This document shows positions 29,231 through 41,652 of a stretch of 57,210 nt of DNA, in pieces (the stretch's first letter is position 1; each line of letters starts with the position of its first letter). The notes under the pieces were generated by a model that saw nothing but the letters and a program-made list of their open reading frames with translations, was not told where the DNA came from and searched no databases. This DNA is from Minisyncoccota bacterium (GTDB taxonomy: Bacteria; Patescibacteriota; Minisyncoccia; Phycocordibacterales; UBA5272), in contig JAYWBQ010000001.1 of assembly GCA_043781255.1 (NCBI GenBank), positions 1-57,210 of the forward strand, in the 5' to 3' direction. Both the position numbers and the translations under genes were made by a program.

Positions 29231-29824
29231 ATGTCACCAAAATTATTAAACATTCTTCTCGTTATGATTCCGTTAGTATTATATTATGGTTTTTTTGATC
29301 CGTTGTATACGGGTAATCCAGGGTTTGTCTGGACTCCCGAAAGTAGTATCAGACAACTTCAATCGTCAAATGTTCAGTATGCAAATAGTCTCGTCCTTGT
29401 TTCTGATGTAGATCAACGAGTAAAAAAAATTAATCAAGATTATAAGTTAGTATCTTCAACAACAACGAGTAAGGTGGAGTTAATGTTGCCTGATAGTATA
29501 GACCCAATTAAACTTAGAAATGAAGTTATTGCTATCGCAGATAAGGCTGAGATTTCAATAAATGGGCTTACTGTTAACACTGATGATATAAAATCAAATT
29601 CAAATGTTGGGGCGTATATAATTTCATTTACTGTTAAAGCTAGGTATCCATCGATTAAAAAACTATTAGAAGAATACGAAAAAAATAAAAGGTTCTTTAC
29701 TATTGATAGTTTAGCAATTAGGCAACAAGATACAAAAAATCTTTCTCCTGAAGAAGTTTCACGTCTCGACAAAGAAGCAATACAAGCAACGGTAAGATTT
29801 AACGTGTACTATCTCAAAAAATAA
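29231..29824 (+). CDS. pilO: PilO-like type IV pilus protein
   Basis: N-terminal TM; LMLPD..D; F.V...Y..IK..L...E...R...I. Confidence 0.75.
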   Translation: MSPKLLNILLVMIPLVLYYGFFDPLYTGNPGFVWTPESSIRQLQSSNVQYANSLVLVSDVDQRVKKINQDYKLVSSTTTSKVELMLPDSIDPIKLRNEVIAIADKAEISINGLTVNTDDIKSNSNVGAYIISFTVKARYPSIKKLLEEYEKNKRFFTIDSLAIRQQDTKNLSPEEVSRLDKEAIQATVRFNVYYLKK

Positions 29825-29825
29825 T

Positions 29826-30170
29826 ATGCAAATTAGCCTCTCAAAATTTTCAATGTTTCTTGCTGGCTTAGTTTCACTTGGTTGTATTGTGGGTGTTGGG
29901 TATCTTCTATTTACCATTTTTTTTACTGGTCCAGTAGCTGACCAAGCTCCAGTTCTTACTTTAGCAAATGTTAGAGATTTTGGTCCAAAGTTACAAAAAG
30001 CATCAGCAATTTTAGTTGATCCAACTTCAAAAATAGCATTAAACAAAAATAAAGATCTTCAGTTTCTCATTTCCCCACTTTTTTTGTCGTTTACTGAAAA
30101 TCCGGTTCAGATTGAACTAAGTAAGTCTCGTGGACGACCTGATCCTTTTGTCCCGTATGTTGCTCCTTGA
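29826..30170 (+). CDS. Small pilus-associated protein (PilP position)
   Basis: N-terminal TM; C-terminal GRPDPF.PY resembling the R.DPF motif; operon position. Confidence 0.6.
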   Translation: MQISLSKFSMFLAGLVSLGCIVGVGYLLFTIFFTGPVADQAPVLTLANVRDFGPKLQKASAILVDPTSKIALNKNKDLQFLISPLFLSFTENPVQIELSKSRGRPDPFVPYVAP

Positions 30171-31905
30171 CCTCTTTGTTAGTCAAAATAAATTAACAGA
30201 AATCGAAGCTAAAGAAATCGATGCAAGTATTTCTTCATCTGAAGGGGTGCTTGTTGATGATTTACTTACTAAAAAAAATATTACAAGCGATGAGATAACT
30301 GAGGTGCGCAGCACCCTTCACGGCCTCCCTATCTACCATGGCGACATTGGAGATAACAAAGAGCTTACAAAATATGTTAATATTGTTCAGTCAAAACAGT
30401 TCCTCGCAATTCCTCTTGAAATAAAAGATGAAGTACTTCTCGTTGGTGTTGTCGATCCTGAACATGGGAATGTGCTTTCGAGTCTTCAATTTCTTTTTGG
30501 TGCAGATCATCAGGCGTACAAAGTATACCTCATAACGTATGATGCTTTTAAGAAGCATTTCGGCATTACCTCACCGGAAGACCTTGAGGAAAAAGCAAGT
30601 GTTACTGATCAGGTTGACAATGAAGTGCTGTCTTATGTTGCAAAAGAAGATGATAAGTTAGATGACGATACTGAAGATGGAGAGATAGATCTTGAAAATA
30701 CGAGTGGACTTTTAGATAAAAACTTATCTAAACTACCTATTCCAGAAATTTTTAGTACAGTTTTGCGATACGCTATTGATAACACAGCGTCTGATATTCA
30801 CATAGAACATATCGGACTTTCCGTACGTGTTCGTGTGCGTATGGACGGGCGACTTGAACAAATTGCAGCGCTGCCATCTAAGTTACACCCGATGCTAATT
30901 GCTCGTGTGAAAATTCTTTGTGCGATGAAGCTTGACGAAAAACGAAAACCTCAAGATGGACGTTTTAGTACAAAATTCGGAGACAGAAAGATCGACTATC
31001 GCGTGAGTTCATTTCCTGGCTATTATGGAGAAAAGATCGTAATTCGTATTTTGGATAGCATTAAAGGAGTAAAACTTCTTAACGATCTTGGGTTTTCAAC
31101 ACTTCAGATGTCACAGATCCGTGAAGCACTCGGTGCACCATACGGTATGGTACTTATTTCAGGACCAACTGGATCTGGAAAGACAACAACACTGTATTCG
31201 ATGTTAAATGAAATTGATCGAGACCATAAGAATGTAGTATCTCTTGAAGACCCTGTGGAATATAACGTAGGTGGGATGAATCAGTCACAGGTATTCCCAG
31301 ATATCGGATATACGTTCGCGTCAGGACTTCGTTCGATACTTCGTCAAGATCCGGATGTAATCATGGTGGGAGAAATTCGAGATGGAGAAACAGCCCAGCT
31401 CGCTATTCAGGCGGCGCTCACAGGTCACTTGGTATTTTCGACAATTCACACCAACACAGCAATTGGTGTAGTAACACGACTCCTTGATATGGGTATCGAG
31501 TCCTATCTTATCGCCCCAGTTCTTATTGCAGCGCTTGGGCAACGACTCACACGTCGTATTGCAGAAGATTGTGGAGAAAAAATGGAAATGACACCGTCGC
31601 TTAAAGCAATGGTAGAGAAGCAGTTTGCAAGTCTCCCTGAAGAATATAAAGCAGAATTCCAAATCGAAAGGCCTCTCTATGAAGCAAAACCAAGTACTCA
31701 GTTCCCAACAGGAATGAAGGGGCGAGTGCCAGTGTTTGAAGTGCTTTCTATCACTGATGAAATTGAAGAAGCAATTTTGCGAAATAAAGGTGAAGAAGCT
31801 ATACGAGAAATCGCACGAAAAAATGGAATGCTTTCAATTAAAGAAGATGCGATGATTAAATGTATGGGAGGACTTGTACCCTTTATTGATTTGGCAGAAT
31901 TGTAA
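30157..31905 (+). CDS. pilB: Type IV pilus assembly ATPase PilB (GspE/PulE family; ATG 30157)
   Basis: ASDIHIE; RKPQDGRF; GPTGSGKTTT; LEDPVEY; LRQDPDVIMVGEIRD; TGHLVFSTIHTN. Confidence 0.95.
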   Translation: MLLLDLFVSQNKLTEIEAKEIDASISSSEGVLVDDLLTKKNITSDEITEVRSTLHGLPIYHGDIGDNKELTKYVNIVQSKQFLAIPLEIKDEVLLVGVVDPEHGNVLSSLQFLFGADHQAYKVYLITYDAFKKHFGITSPEDLEEKASVTDQVDNEVLSYVAKEDDKLDDDTEDGEIDLENTSGLLDKNLSKLPIPEIFSTVLRYAIDNTASDIHIEHIGLSVRVRVRMDGRLEQIAALPSKLHPMLIARVKILCAMKLDEKRKPQDGRFSTKFGDRKIDYRVSSFPGYYGEKIVIRILDSIKGVKLLNDLGFSTLQMSQIREALGAPYGMVLISGPTGSGKTTTLYSMLNEIDRDHKNVVSLEDPVEYNVGGMNQSQVFPDIGYTFASGLRSILRQDPDVIMVGEIRDGETAQLAIQAALTGHLVFSTIHTNTAIGVVTRLLDMGIESYLIAPVLIAALGQRLTRRIAEDCGEKMEMTPSLKAMVEKQFASLPEEYKAEFQIERPLYEAKPSTQFPTGMKGRVPVFEVLSITDEIEEAILRNKGEEAIREIARKNGMLSIKEDAMIKCMGGLVPFIDLAEL

Positions 31906-31914
31906 AAGAAAGAT

Positions 31915-31999
31915 AACAGATAATCAGACTACAGACATCAGACTAAAGTTTATATATCTTGTGTTAGTCTACAATGTGTTAGTTCGATGTCTGTAGTCT
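31915..31999. repeat. Degenerate heptamer arrays in inverted orientation
   Basis: cagataa/cagacta/cagacat units; perfect 14-bp IR 31926-31939 vs 31986-31999. Confidence 0.7.
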
Positions 32000-32089
32000 T
32001 TTTCGGTTCTAGAGTTATACAATTGTACTTCTTTACTTGCTTGGTATACTTCTTCGTATGAGGAAGTTTAAAGTAGCTTGTTCTTTTGA

Positions 32090-32117
32090 ACAACCTACAA
32101 CCTACAACCTACAACCT
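32090..32117. repeat. Heptamer repeat (ACAACCT)x4 just before pilT start
   Basis: Read directly; same unit as 57119-57210. Confidence 0.9.
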
Positions 32118-32122
32118 ACTCT

Positions 32123-33181
32123 ATGAACTACGAAACAGAACTTGATGATATTATTATGACACTTGTCAAAGAGGCTGGTTCTGATATTCACTTTACAGTT
32201 GGTCACCCTCCAATTCTTCGTATTAATCGTGAGATGATACCCCTTACAAGAAAACCAGAGATGACAGCAGAGCACACTCTTGGGTTTCTCCACCAAATGA
32301 TTGAAGAAAAACTGCTTACTAACTTTGTTGTAACACAAGAGTTAGATTTTTCGTACGAGCACAGAAACGAATATCGTTTACGTGGAAATGCGTCATTTCA
32401 AAAAGGGGTTATTTCAGTAGCTCTTCGTCTTATTCCTAAAGTAAAATCTCTCGTTGAGCTTGGTCTTCCTGATCAACTTGCTCATATTTCACGTGAACGA
32501 CAAGGCTTTTTCTTAGTTGTTGGATCTGTTGGACAAGGAAAGTCTACAACACTCGCTGCAATGGTTCAGCAGATTAACACAGAATCAAAACGCCACGTTC
32601 TCACGATTGAAAATCCTGTCGAATTTAATTTTGAACAAGAAAAATCACTTATTGAACAACGTGAAGTTGGTATCGATACTGCAAGTTTTTCATCGGCTCT
32701 TATACGCTCACTTCGCCAAGATGTTGATGTTATTATGATTGGTGAAATGAGTGATAGAGATACTATGCAAACAGCGGTCACCGCAGCTGAGACGGGTCAC
32801 CTTGTTCTTGCGACACTGCATAGCAACTCAGCTTCTCAGACAATTGATCGCATTATTGACTCATTTCCTGGAGATCAGCAAAATCAGATACGTCTTCAAT
32901 TGGCGTCTTCATTAATCGGTGTACTTTCACAACGTCTTATTCCAACAATTGCAGGGGGCCTTGTCCCTGTTTTTGAGTTACTTCTAAACACTGGGGCGGT
33001 TTCAAATATTATTCGCGAAAATCGTACGAATGAAATTGACAATATTATTGAGACTGGCTCAAAAGACGGTATGATTGACCTCGATAGATATTTGGCAGAC
33101 CTTGTGAGAAAAGGTATTGTTACGCGAGATATCGCGTACACGTATGCTCGTCGACGGCAGTTGTTTGATAGAATGCTATAA
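32123..33181 (+). CDS. pilT: Type IV pilus retraction ATPase PilT/PilU family
   Basis: GSDIH...G.PP..R; G.VGQGKSTT; QREVG.DT..F; AAETGHLV.ATLH; AVSNIIRE. Confidence 0.93.
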   Translation: MNYETELDDIIMTLVKEAGSDIHFTVGHPPILRINREMIPLTRKPEMTAEHTLGFLHQMIEEKLLTNFVVTQELDFSYEHRNEYRLRGNASFQKGVISVALRLIPKVKSLVELGLPDQLAHISRERQGFFLVVGSVGQGKSTTLAAMVQQINTESKRHVLTIENPVEFNFEQEKSLIEQREVGIDTASFSSALIRSLRQDVDVIMIGEMSDRDTMQTAVTAAETGHLVLATLHSNSASQTIDRIIDSFPGDQQNQIRLQLASSLIGVLSQRLIPTIAGGLVPVFELLLNTGAVSNIIRENRTNEIDNIIETGSKDGMIDLDRYLADLVRKGIVTRDIAYTYARRRQLFDRML

Positions 33182-33184
33182 AAT

Positions 33185-34411
33185 ATGTTATTTCACTATT
33201 CATGGCTCAATGATAACGGTAACAAAGAGGAAGCGGATATCGAAGCGACATCGCTTGATAATGCTATTGTTATTGTACAAAGTAAAGGTCTTAAAACTAT
33301 CCTCGAAGTAAAAGAAAAGAACGATAAAGAGAATAATGTCCTAGGGGCAATCAAGCAGTCAAAATTTTTTAAACAAGGAATAAAACCAAAAGACGTTGTT
33401 CTTTTTTCTCGTCAAGTCGCAACGCTTTTTGAGGCTGGAGTTTCTGCACTTCGTGCATTTCGTCTTCTCGCACAAGAAAATGAAAATAAAACTCTTCAGG
33501 AGCAAATTTTGGCTGTGGCTGATGATATCGAGTCTGGTATTTCACTTTCAGATGCACTTTCAAAACGTCCAGAACTATTCTCTAACTTCTATGTGAATAT
33601 GGTAAAAGCAGGAGAGGAAAGTGGAAAGTTAAATGAAGTATTCCTTTACTTGGCAGATTATCTTGATAGAAGTTACGAGCTTTCACAAAAGATTAAAAAA
33701 GCACTTAGTTATCCAAGTTTCGTTATTGGGACATTCTTTGCGATTATGATTGGTATGCTCACGTTTGTTGTTCCAAAAATGGCAAAGATGTTTGCAGAAG
33801 AAGGAGCAACGCTGCCTCTTGTAACGAGAATAGTACTTTTTATTTCAGATATGTTCGTAAAGTATGGGCCAATTACATTCCCTATAATAGCTATGGGAGT
33901 ATTTATGTTTATTAAATGGAAAAATACAGAAGAAGGAGGATATAAGGTTGATGAATTTACCATGAAAGTTCCTGTGTTTAAGGATGTTATTCAGAAGATT
34001 TTTTTGCAACACTTGGCGGATAACATGAATACGATGCTTTCAAACGGTGTGCCAATTGTAAAATCACTGGATATCACAACGTCAATCCTTGAAAACAGAG
34101 TGTATAAGCAGTTAATGGGAAGAGTGTCACTTAAGGTTCAGTCTGGAAAATCTTTTTCAAAAGCTCTTTATGAAGAGCCACTTGTTCCGAATATTCTTGT
34201 GCAGATGGTACACATCGGTGAAGAGACGGGAGAACTTTCCTATATTCTCAAAAATCTTGCAACGTTTTATCGTCGTGAACTTGATACGGCTATTGACAGT
34301 ATGATTGGTCTTATTGAGCCTGCCATGATTGTGAGCCTTGGTGTCGGTGTTGGAGTACTTGTGTCTGCTATCTTGCTTCCGATGTACTCGTTGTCAGATG
34401 CCATTAAATAG
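33185..34411 (+). CDS. pilC: Type IV pilus platform protein PilC (GspF family)
   Basis: FSRQVATL..AG; GEESGKL; KKALSYP; GEETGEL; LIEP.MIV..G..VG......LLPMY. Confidence 0.95.
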   Translation: MLFHYSWLNDNGNKEEADIEATSLDNAIVIVQSKGLKTILEVKEKNDKENNVLGAIKQSKFFKQGIKPKDVVLFSRQVATLFEAGVSALRAFRLLAQENENKTLQEQILAVADDIESGISLSDALSKRPELFSNFYVNMVKAGEESGKLNEVFLYLADYLDRSYELSQKIKKALSYPSFVIGTFFAIMIGMLTFVVPKMAKMFAEEGATLPLVTRIVLFISDMFVKYGPITFPIIAMGVFMFIKWKNTEEGGYKVDEFTMKVPVFKDVIQKIFLQHLADNMNTMLSNGVPIVKSLDITTSILENRVYKQLMGRVSLKVQSGKSFSKALYEEPLVPNILVQMVHIGEETGELSYILKNLATFYRRELDTAIDSMIGLIEPAMIVSLGVGVGVLVSAILLPMYSLSDAIK

Positions 34412-34414
34412 CAA

Positions 34415-34542
34415 CTCTTAGCCTTTAGCTATAAGCTCTTAGCTTTAAACGTAAAATCAACGTGCATAGCACTTCAGCGATAATTGACCCTCTAGGAGGG
34501 AGTAAACTTTATCTCTAAAGGCTAAAGGCTAAAGGCTAAAGG
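34415..34542. repeat. Inverted pair of heptamer arrays (cctttag-like, then (CTAAAGG)x4 at 34515-34542)
   Basis: ctcttag cctttag ctataag ctcttag versus ctaaagg x4, which is the reverse complement. Confidence 0.8.
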
Positions 34543-34637
34543 CTCTTCTACTTATCCACATGAATTTATTAGGTTCCTTGTTTTTTGAAACCATATAGGT
34601 ATATACTCAATACTATCTACAAAAGATAGAAAAAATT

Positions 34638-35351
34638 ATGTCAAACAAATTTACAAAAACAAGTTTCCGTGGATTCACCCTTATTGAACTCCTTGTGGTT
34701 ATCGCAATTATTGGGTTGCTTTCAACTATTATTGCTGCCCCAATTCAAAGTGCCCGAAAGAAGGCTCGAGATGCAAAGAAGATCGCCGAACTTAAGAGTA
34801 CTGAGCTTGCTCTTGAACAGTATGCTGAATCAAACCAAGCAACATATCCTAGTACTCTAACAGCACTATCACCACAGTTTATGCCACTCCTTTCTGGATT
34901 TGCTGCTTCCACTACTTCTTCTGCTCGTGATGCATTTGCATATGCAGTGTACACAGCACTCGCTACTGGAGGTGCGTCTTCAACCTTTGCATACCATTTA
35001 GGTGTTAAGTTAGAAGTATATGGACCAGCACTTGAAACTGATCGTGACTGTATCTTCGGTGCACTCGCTAATGCGCTCCTAACTCCTCGTTGTGCCGTGT
35101 ATAATGGGAATTCTCTATTCTCTGTTCTTGTTTTAAATGGATCTCAATTAGTAGTGGGTGTAGCAGCTTCTCCAACTCCTCAGTTTACTCCAGCTATGAA
35201 TCCTGCTTATGTTAACGGTGGTGGGTATGGAGGACAAGATTTTGAGGCTATAGCTTCTACTACTAATGCTACAAATAATCTTACAGAAGATCCTAAAAGT
35301 ACTTGTACTGTGTCAACAGATTGTGTGTTTGATGTAACATCACAGCAGTAA
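34638..35351 (+). CDS. Type IV pilin (probable major pilin)
   Basis: Class III signal RG|FTLIELLVVIAIIGLL; ARKKARDAKK; C-terminal Cys pair. Confidence 0.9.
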   Translation: MSNKFTKTSFRGFTLIELLVVIAIIGLLSTIIAAPIQSARKKARDAKKIAELKSTELALEQYAESNQATYPSTLTALSPQFMPLLSGFAASTTSSARDAFAYAVYTALATGGASSTFAYHLGVKLEVYGPALETDRDCIFGALANALLTPRCAVYNGNSLFSVLVLNGSQLVVGVAASPTPQFTPAMNPAYVNGGGYGGQDFEAIASTTNATNNLTEDPKSTCTVSTDCVFDVTSQQ

Positions 35352-35366
35352 TAAGCTAACCTTGAT

Positions 35367-36143
35367 TTGTTTATTGTGTTGTCTATCTTAGCTTTCATTT
35401 ACGGTGCATCAATTGGAAGTTTTGTGCAGGTTGTTGCCTCACGACTTCATGTCGCACCAATTATGAAAGGGCGTAGTAAGTGCCTCTCCTGCGGAGAGGC
35501 ACTTCGCGCATCTGACCTTATCCCTGTTATTTCATACTTTCTTCTGAAAGGAAAGTGTAGGTACTGTAAAAGTAAGTATGGAGTATCTGCTATTGTTATT
35601 GAAGTGTTATTTGGAGTAACGTTCCTCTCCTTGTATATATGTGTACTCGTTGGTCAACCAACACTCCTTATGGCGTTGATGTGGCTTGTATACTACACAT
35701 TATTATTTGGGGTTCTTGGAGTTATGGCTCTTTATGATAAAGCACATTCGTACATCCCTTTTTCCTTCTTGTCAGCATTTTTAGCACTTTGTGCGGTTAT
35801 GTTTGGAAGAAGAATGTTTAATGATTTCAGTTTCATAACAGTGTTATCCCCAGTATTTGTAGCCACACCATTTTTCCTTATTTGGCTTATTTCAAAAGGA
35901 AAAGGGCTTGGTTTCGGAGATGTAATTATTTTCTTTGGAGTAGGAGCTTTCTTTGGTTCATTGCAAGGATTTGCAGTGCTTATGATTTCTGTTTGGATGG
36001 GAGCAATATACGGTCTTTATTTTAAGTACATTGTCCACAAAAAAAATAAAGGAGTAACTCCAATTCCATTTGTACCGTTTATTGTGCTTGCTTTTCTCTT
36101 GGTGTTGTTCACAGGTATTGATGTGTTTTCTTTAAACTTTTAA
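35367..36143 (+). CDS. pilD: Prepilin peptidase (A24)
   Basis: GASIGSF..V...R; RSKC..C...L...DLIPV.SY..LKGKCR.C; LYD; GFGDV; IPFVPF. Confidence 0.93.
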   Translation: MFIVLSILAFIYGASIGSFVQVVASRLHVAPIMKGRSKCLSCGEALRASDLIPVISYFLLKGKCRYCKSKYGVSAIVIEVLFGVTFLSLYICVLVGQPTLLMALMWLVYYTLLFGVLGVMALYDKAHSYIPFSFLSAFLALCAVMFGRRMFNDFSFITVLSPVFVATPFFLIWLISKGKGLGFGDVIIFFGVGAFFGSLQGFAVLMISVWMGAIYGLYFKYIVHKKNKGVTPIPFVPFIVLAFLLVLFTGIDVFSLNF

Positions 36144-36149
36144 TTTAGA

Positions 36150-36300
36150 TAGGACCTACGCACTTGGTGACCTTCTCGAACCAGTAGGTGCGTGTCCTGG
36201 ACATAAGTCGAAACCCTTATTTCTTCGTCAACGTACTAAAAGTACGTTTCCTTAGAAATAAGGGTCTCTTCGCGAATCTCATCCAAGTGCGTAGGTCCTA
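36150..36300. mobile_element. MITE-like element (~150 bp)
   Basis: Perfect 18-bp terminal IR taggacctacgcacttgg/ccaagtgcgtaggtccta, TA at both outer ends; nested internal IRs cccttatttc/gaaataaggg and aacgtact/agtacgtt; no ORF. Confidence 0.75.
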
Positions 36301-36443
36301 TTAAAGTGGAAGCATTATTGTAAAATTAATTTTACAAAAGTTAGAAATAATCTTGAAGTTTCTTACTGTCATCTTCTTTACACTGTGCACAGGTAGTAAT
36401 TATTTTCCAAAAATTATTCCCGTTCTAGTGGTATGATGTGTAT

Positions 36444-37109
36444 ATGTTCGTACGGAAACTTTTTTCGTGGAAAAATAGAAGGAGAGGTTTTACACTCGTT
36501 GAGCTTCTCGTGAGCATGGGTGTTATGGCCGCTATTCTTGGAATCACAATGTCAGGTGGTCCACAATCAATTTCTAGAATTTCTTTGGCAGATAATACCT
36601 ATCAAGTTGAACTTTTACTGCGAGAAGCACAACTTCAAGGAAGTTCTATTAATTCACTTAATAATACTTTTGGCGGTGCGGGCCTTTATTTTAATCTTGC
36701 GACATCGACTAAGACGCTTAAATTTAGAGATAGAGCAATAGTTTCTACTGACCCATCCAAAGCAATTAGTGTTGGCGATGGCTTGTACTCAGATTCTCCA
36801 ATTGATGAGAAAGATTCATTTTTGATAACTACAAATCAAAACGTTATCGGAAAATTATGTGTCGCAACTACATCCCCGTCGGTATTCTTTTGTAACACAC
36901 TCAATACTCCCGCTATTAAAACTCTTACAGTTTCATTTAGTCGCCCAAAGCAAACTGCGCATATTTATATTAATAATTCAACAAGTACTGATTTTGCGGC
37001 AGCGTGTATACAGTTTGACGCACGTAGATCTCCAGAACATGGTTATGTTAAATCATTGTATGTTTATAAATCAGGAATGATTACTAAGAAAGCAAAAATT
37101 TGTGAATAA
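36444..37109 (+). CDS. Minor type IV pilin (FimT/GspH-like; ATG 36444)
   Basis: RRG|FTLVELLVSM; LREAQ. Confidence 0.85.
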   Translation: MFVRKLFSWKNRRRGFTLVELLVSMGVMAAILGITMSGGPQSISRISLADNTYQVELLLREAQLQGSSINSLNNTFGGAGLYFNLATSTKTLKFRDRAIVSTDPSKAISVGDGLYSDSPIDEKDSFLITTNQNVIGKLCVATTSPSVFFCNTLNTPAIKTLTVSFSRPKQTAHIYINNSTSTDFAAACIQFDARRSPEHGYVKSLYVYKSGMITKKAKICE

Positions 37110-37113
37110 TTTT

Positions 37114-37761
37114 ATGAAATTTTTTAATCATATTAGAATAGAAGAAATATCAAAAGGATTTACCTTGGTGGAATTACTTGTCGTTCTTGGTCTTTTTTCA
37201 GGTATTGCGACTCTTTCTCTCGGGGCACTTTTTAACGCCCAGTCTGTTAATGCACGACTTCAGGAAACACAGGCGATTCTGGATAATATCAATCTTTCTT
37301 CTCAGACAATAACTCGTGATATCCGTTTTGGGTCTGACTTCTACTGTACGCAGTCACTCCCTGCCCCTGCTCTTATTCCAACAGTGAGGAAAAATTGTGT
37401 CTTTGGAACTACTCCAGGATCAGTTCTTATTTTTAGAGCATCAGACGCAGAGAATGAACTTGATCGTGTTGCATATTATGTTGTTAATGGTGTACTTTAT
37501 AAAAATATTTATCAATATCTTGCGACAACAACAGTGCTCCAAATGACCTCAGATGACGTAAACGTGTCATCTATCACTTTTAATGTCAGCGGTGCACAAA
37601 CATCAACTGGAGTAAATGATGAATTAAATGCAATTGATTACCAACAGCCACTAATTAGAATTCTTATTTCTGGGGTTACTCGTCCTGCAAAAGCAAGTAC
37701 CCCACCAGCATCATTTGACATGGAGACATCAGTATCCCCACGTGAGATCGATAATCAATAA
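37114..37761 (+). CDS. Minor type IV pilin (PilW/GspJ-like; ATG 37114)
   Basis: KG|FTLVELLVV; ITRDIR; VAYYV..G.L. Confidence 0.85.
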   Translation: MKFFNHIRIEEISKGFTLVELLVVLGLFSGIATLSLGALFNAQSVNARLQETQAILDNINLSSQTITRDIRFGSDFYCTQSLPAPALIPTVRKNCVFGTTPGSVLIFRASDAENELDRVAYYVVNGVLYKNIYQYLATTTVLQMTSDDVNVSSITFNVSGAQTSTGVNDELNAIDYQQPLIRILISGVTRPAKASTPPASFDMETSVSPREIDNQ

Positions 37762-37775
37762 TATATTACCACTCT

Positions 37776-38579
37776 ATGAAAATTTTTTATAAAAAAATTA
37801 AAGGATTCACCCTAATTGAAACGCTCGCCTCAATTGCAGTGCTTTCTCTGGTAATTATAGGACCTCTCTCAGTAACCATTAGCTCATCTGCGTATGCACG
37901 AAATACAAAAGATACAATTGTTGCAACATATCTTGCAGAAGAAGCGGTGGAACTTTTACAAAATCAATATGACTCAATGTATGTCTATTGTAGAAAGAAT
38001 GCTTCTTCGACAGAAGTTGGGGGTCTCTGTGTTCCAAATTTACTCGAAACATCAACTAGTCAGACGGCGTGGAGACTATTTAAAGATAGACTATCTGGCT
38101 TAAGTGGTCAGCCAACATGCTATCTTCCAAAGAATTCTAACGGTACTGGTAGTTATCCAAATAATGCAATGGGTAATAGTGATGGTTGTTCATTTGATTA
38201 TCTTCATATGCAGGCGAGTAGTACGGAAGTTCTCGAGAGAACTGTTTCATCATCAGTTGCATGTAAGTATTTAATTCCTGTTGCTACATCTACAGCAAGT
38301 ACAGCAAGTCACATACCTGTACCTGGAACTGGATTTGTTACGTCTACTTCAACGAGCTATGTCTGTGCTGGGTTGCCTTTGCATATTGCATCAGGTCTAG
38401 TAGAGCCAAAACAATATATAAGATCTATCACGGTTGATCAACTGTCGACATTTGAGTTCACTCCTGCGAATGAGCAGTATAATGATGACCTTCGAATTAG
38501 TTCGAGTGTTCAATATAAGGGAGTGAATGGGGTATCTCACACTGTTAAGATTATTCGTTTTATGCACGCACGACCATAA
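37776..38579 (+). CDS. Minor type IV pilin (PilV-like)
   Basis: KG|FTLIETL; ATYLAEEAVE. Confidence 0.85.
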   Translation: MKIFYKKIKGFTLIETLASIAVLSLVIIGPLSVTISSSAYARNTKDTIVATYLAEEAVELLQNQYDSMYVYCRKNASSTEVGGLCVPNLLETSTSQTAWRLFKDRLSGLSGQPTCYLPKNSNGTGSYPNNAMGNSDGCSFDYLHMQASSTEVLERTVSSSVACKYLIPVATSTASTASHIPVPGTGFVTSTSTSYVCAGLPLHIASGLVEPKQYIRSITVDQLSTFEFTPANEQYNDDLRISSSVQYKGVNGVSHTVKIIRFMHARP

Positions 38580-38588
38580 TTAATTATC

Positions 38589-39272
38589 ATGAAAATAATT
38601 TTTAAAAAACATCAGCAGATTTTAGAGAGTAATTATACACGAGGTTTTGTTTTACCTTTTACAATGCTTATCTCTGTACTTGTTTTATTTATTACAACCG
38701 GAGCCCTTGCTCTTTTGTCTAAACAGCAATATTTTTCAACACTCTATAAAAAAACTCAAGCCGCGTATTATGCGGCGGACGACGCTATATCATGTGCAAC
38801 GCTCATTGATGATACGTATGTTGCGGCGGATGGTCTCGGAATATTTCCATCAAGTGTAGGGACTCCAACGTACGTAGATGATGTCTTAAGCTACGTGAGC
38901 AGTAAACCAGGTGCTCTACTTATTACAAAAGCAGATATTAAATGTGGGCAGTCGTTAATATTTGTTGCGGGGGGTTCTCCCTTATTTGACCCAGAGTTTA
39001 CAAGAGCTTCTGTTCCGTATGAGTATCACTTTATTAATCCTGTAACCAGTCTGGCTGATGTCGAACTAGGTCAAACATCTACGTATAATATGCAAATGGA
39101 TCTTGGTCTTGATCCAAGTGATCTTACAAATATAAGACATCTATATCGTTGTGCAAAAGTAACTGTGAACAAGACTACGTCATTTCGTCAAATTATTGCA
39201 CAAGGATACTCAACATGTGGGGGATCTAAATCAGTTGAACGAGCAGTTGTGAATACAGTAATTATACAGTAG
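38589..39272 (+). CDS. PilX-like minor pilin
   Basis: RG|FVLPF (no Glu5); AYYAAD.A..CA; C-terminal G...C....VERA. Confidence 0.8.
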   Translation: MKIIFKKHQQILESNYTRGFVLPFTMLISVLVLFITTGALALLSKQQYFSTLYKKTQAAYYAADDAISCATLIDDTYVAADGLGIFPSSVGTPTYVDDVLSYVSSKPGALLITKADIKCGQSLIFVAGGSPLFDPEFTRASVPYEYHFINPVTSLADVELGQTSTYNMQMDLGLDPSDLTNIRHLYRCAKVTVNKTTSFRQIIAQGYSTCGGSKSVERAVVNTVIIQ

Positions 39273-41315
<2,043 letters not shown>

Positions 41316-41323
41316 TTCTCATT

Positions 41324-41631
<308 letters not shown>

Positions 41632-41652
41632 GATAGTAGATACAAAATACAA

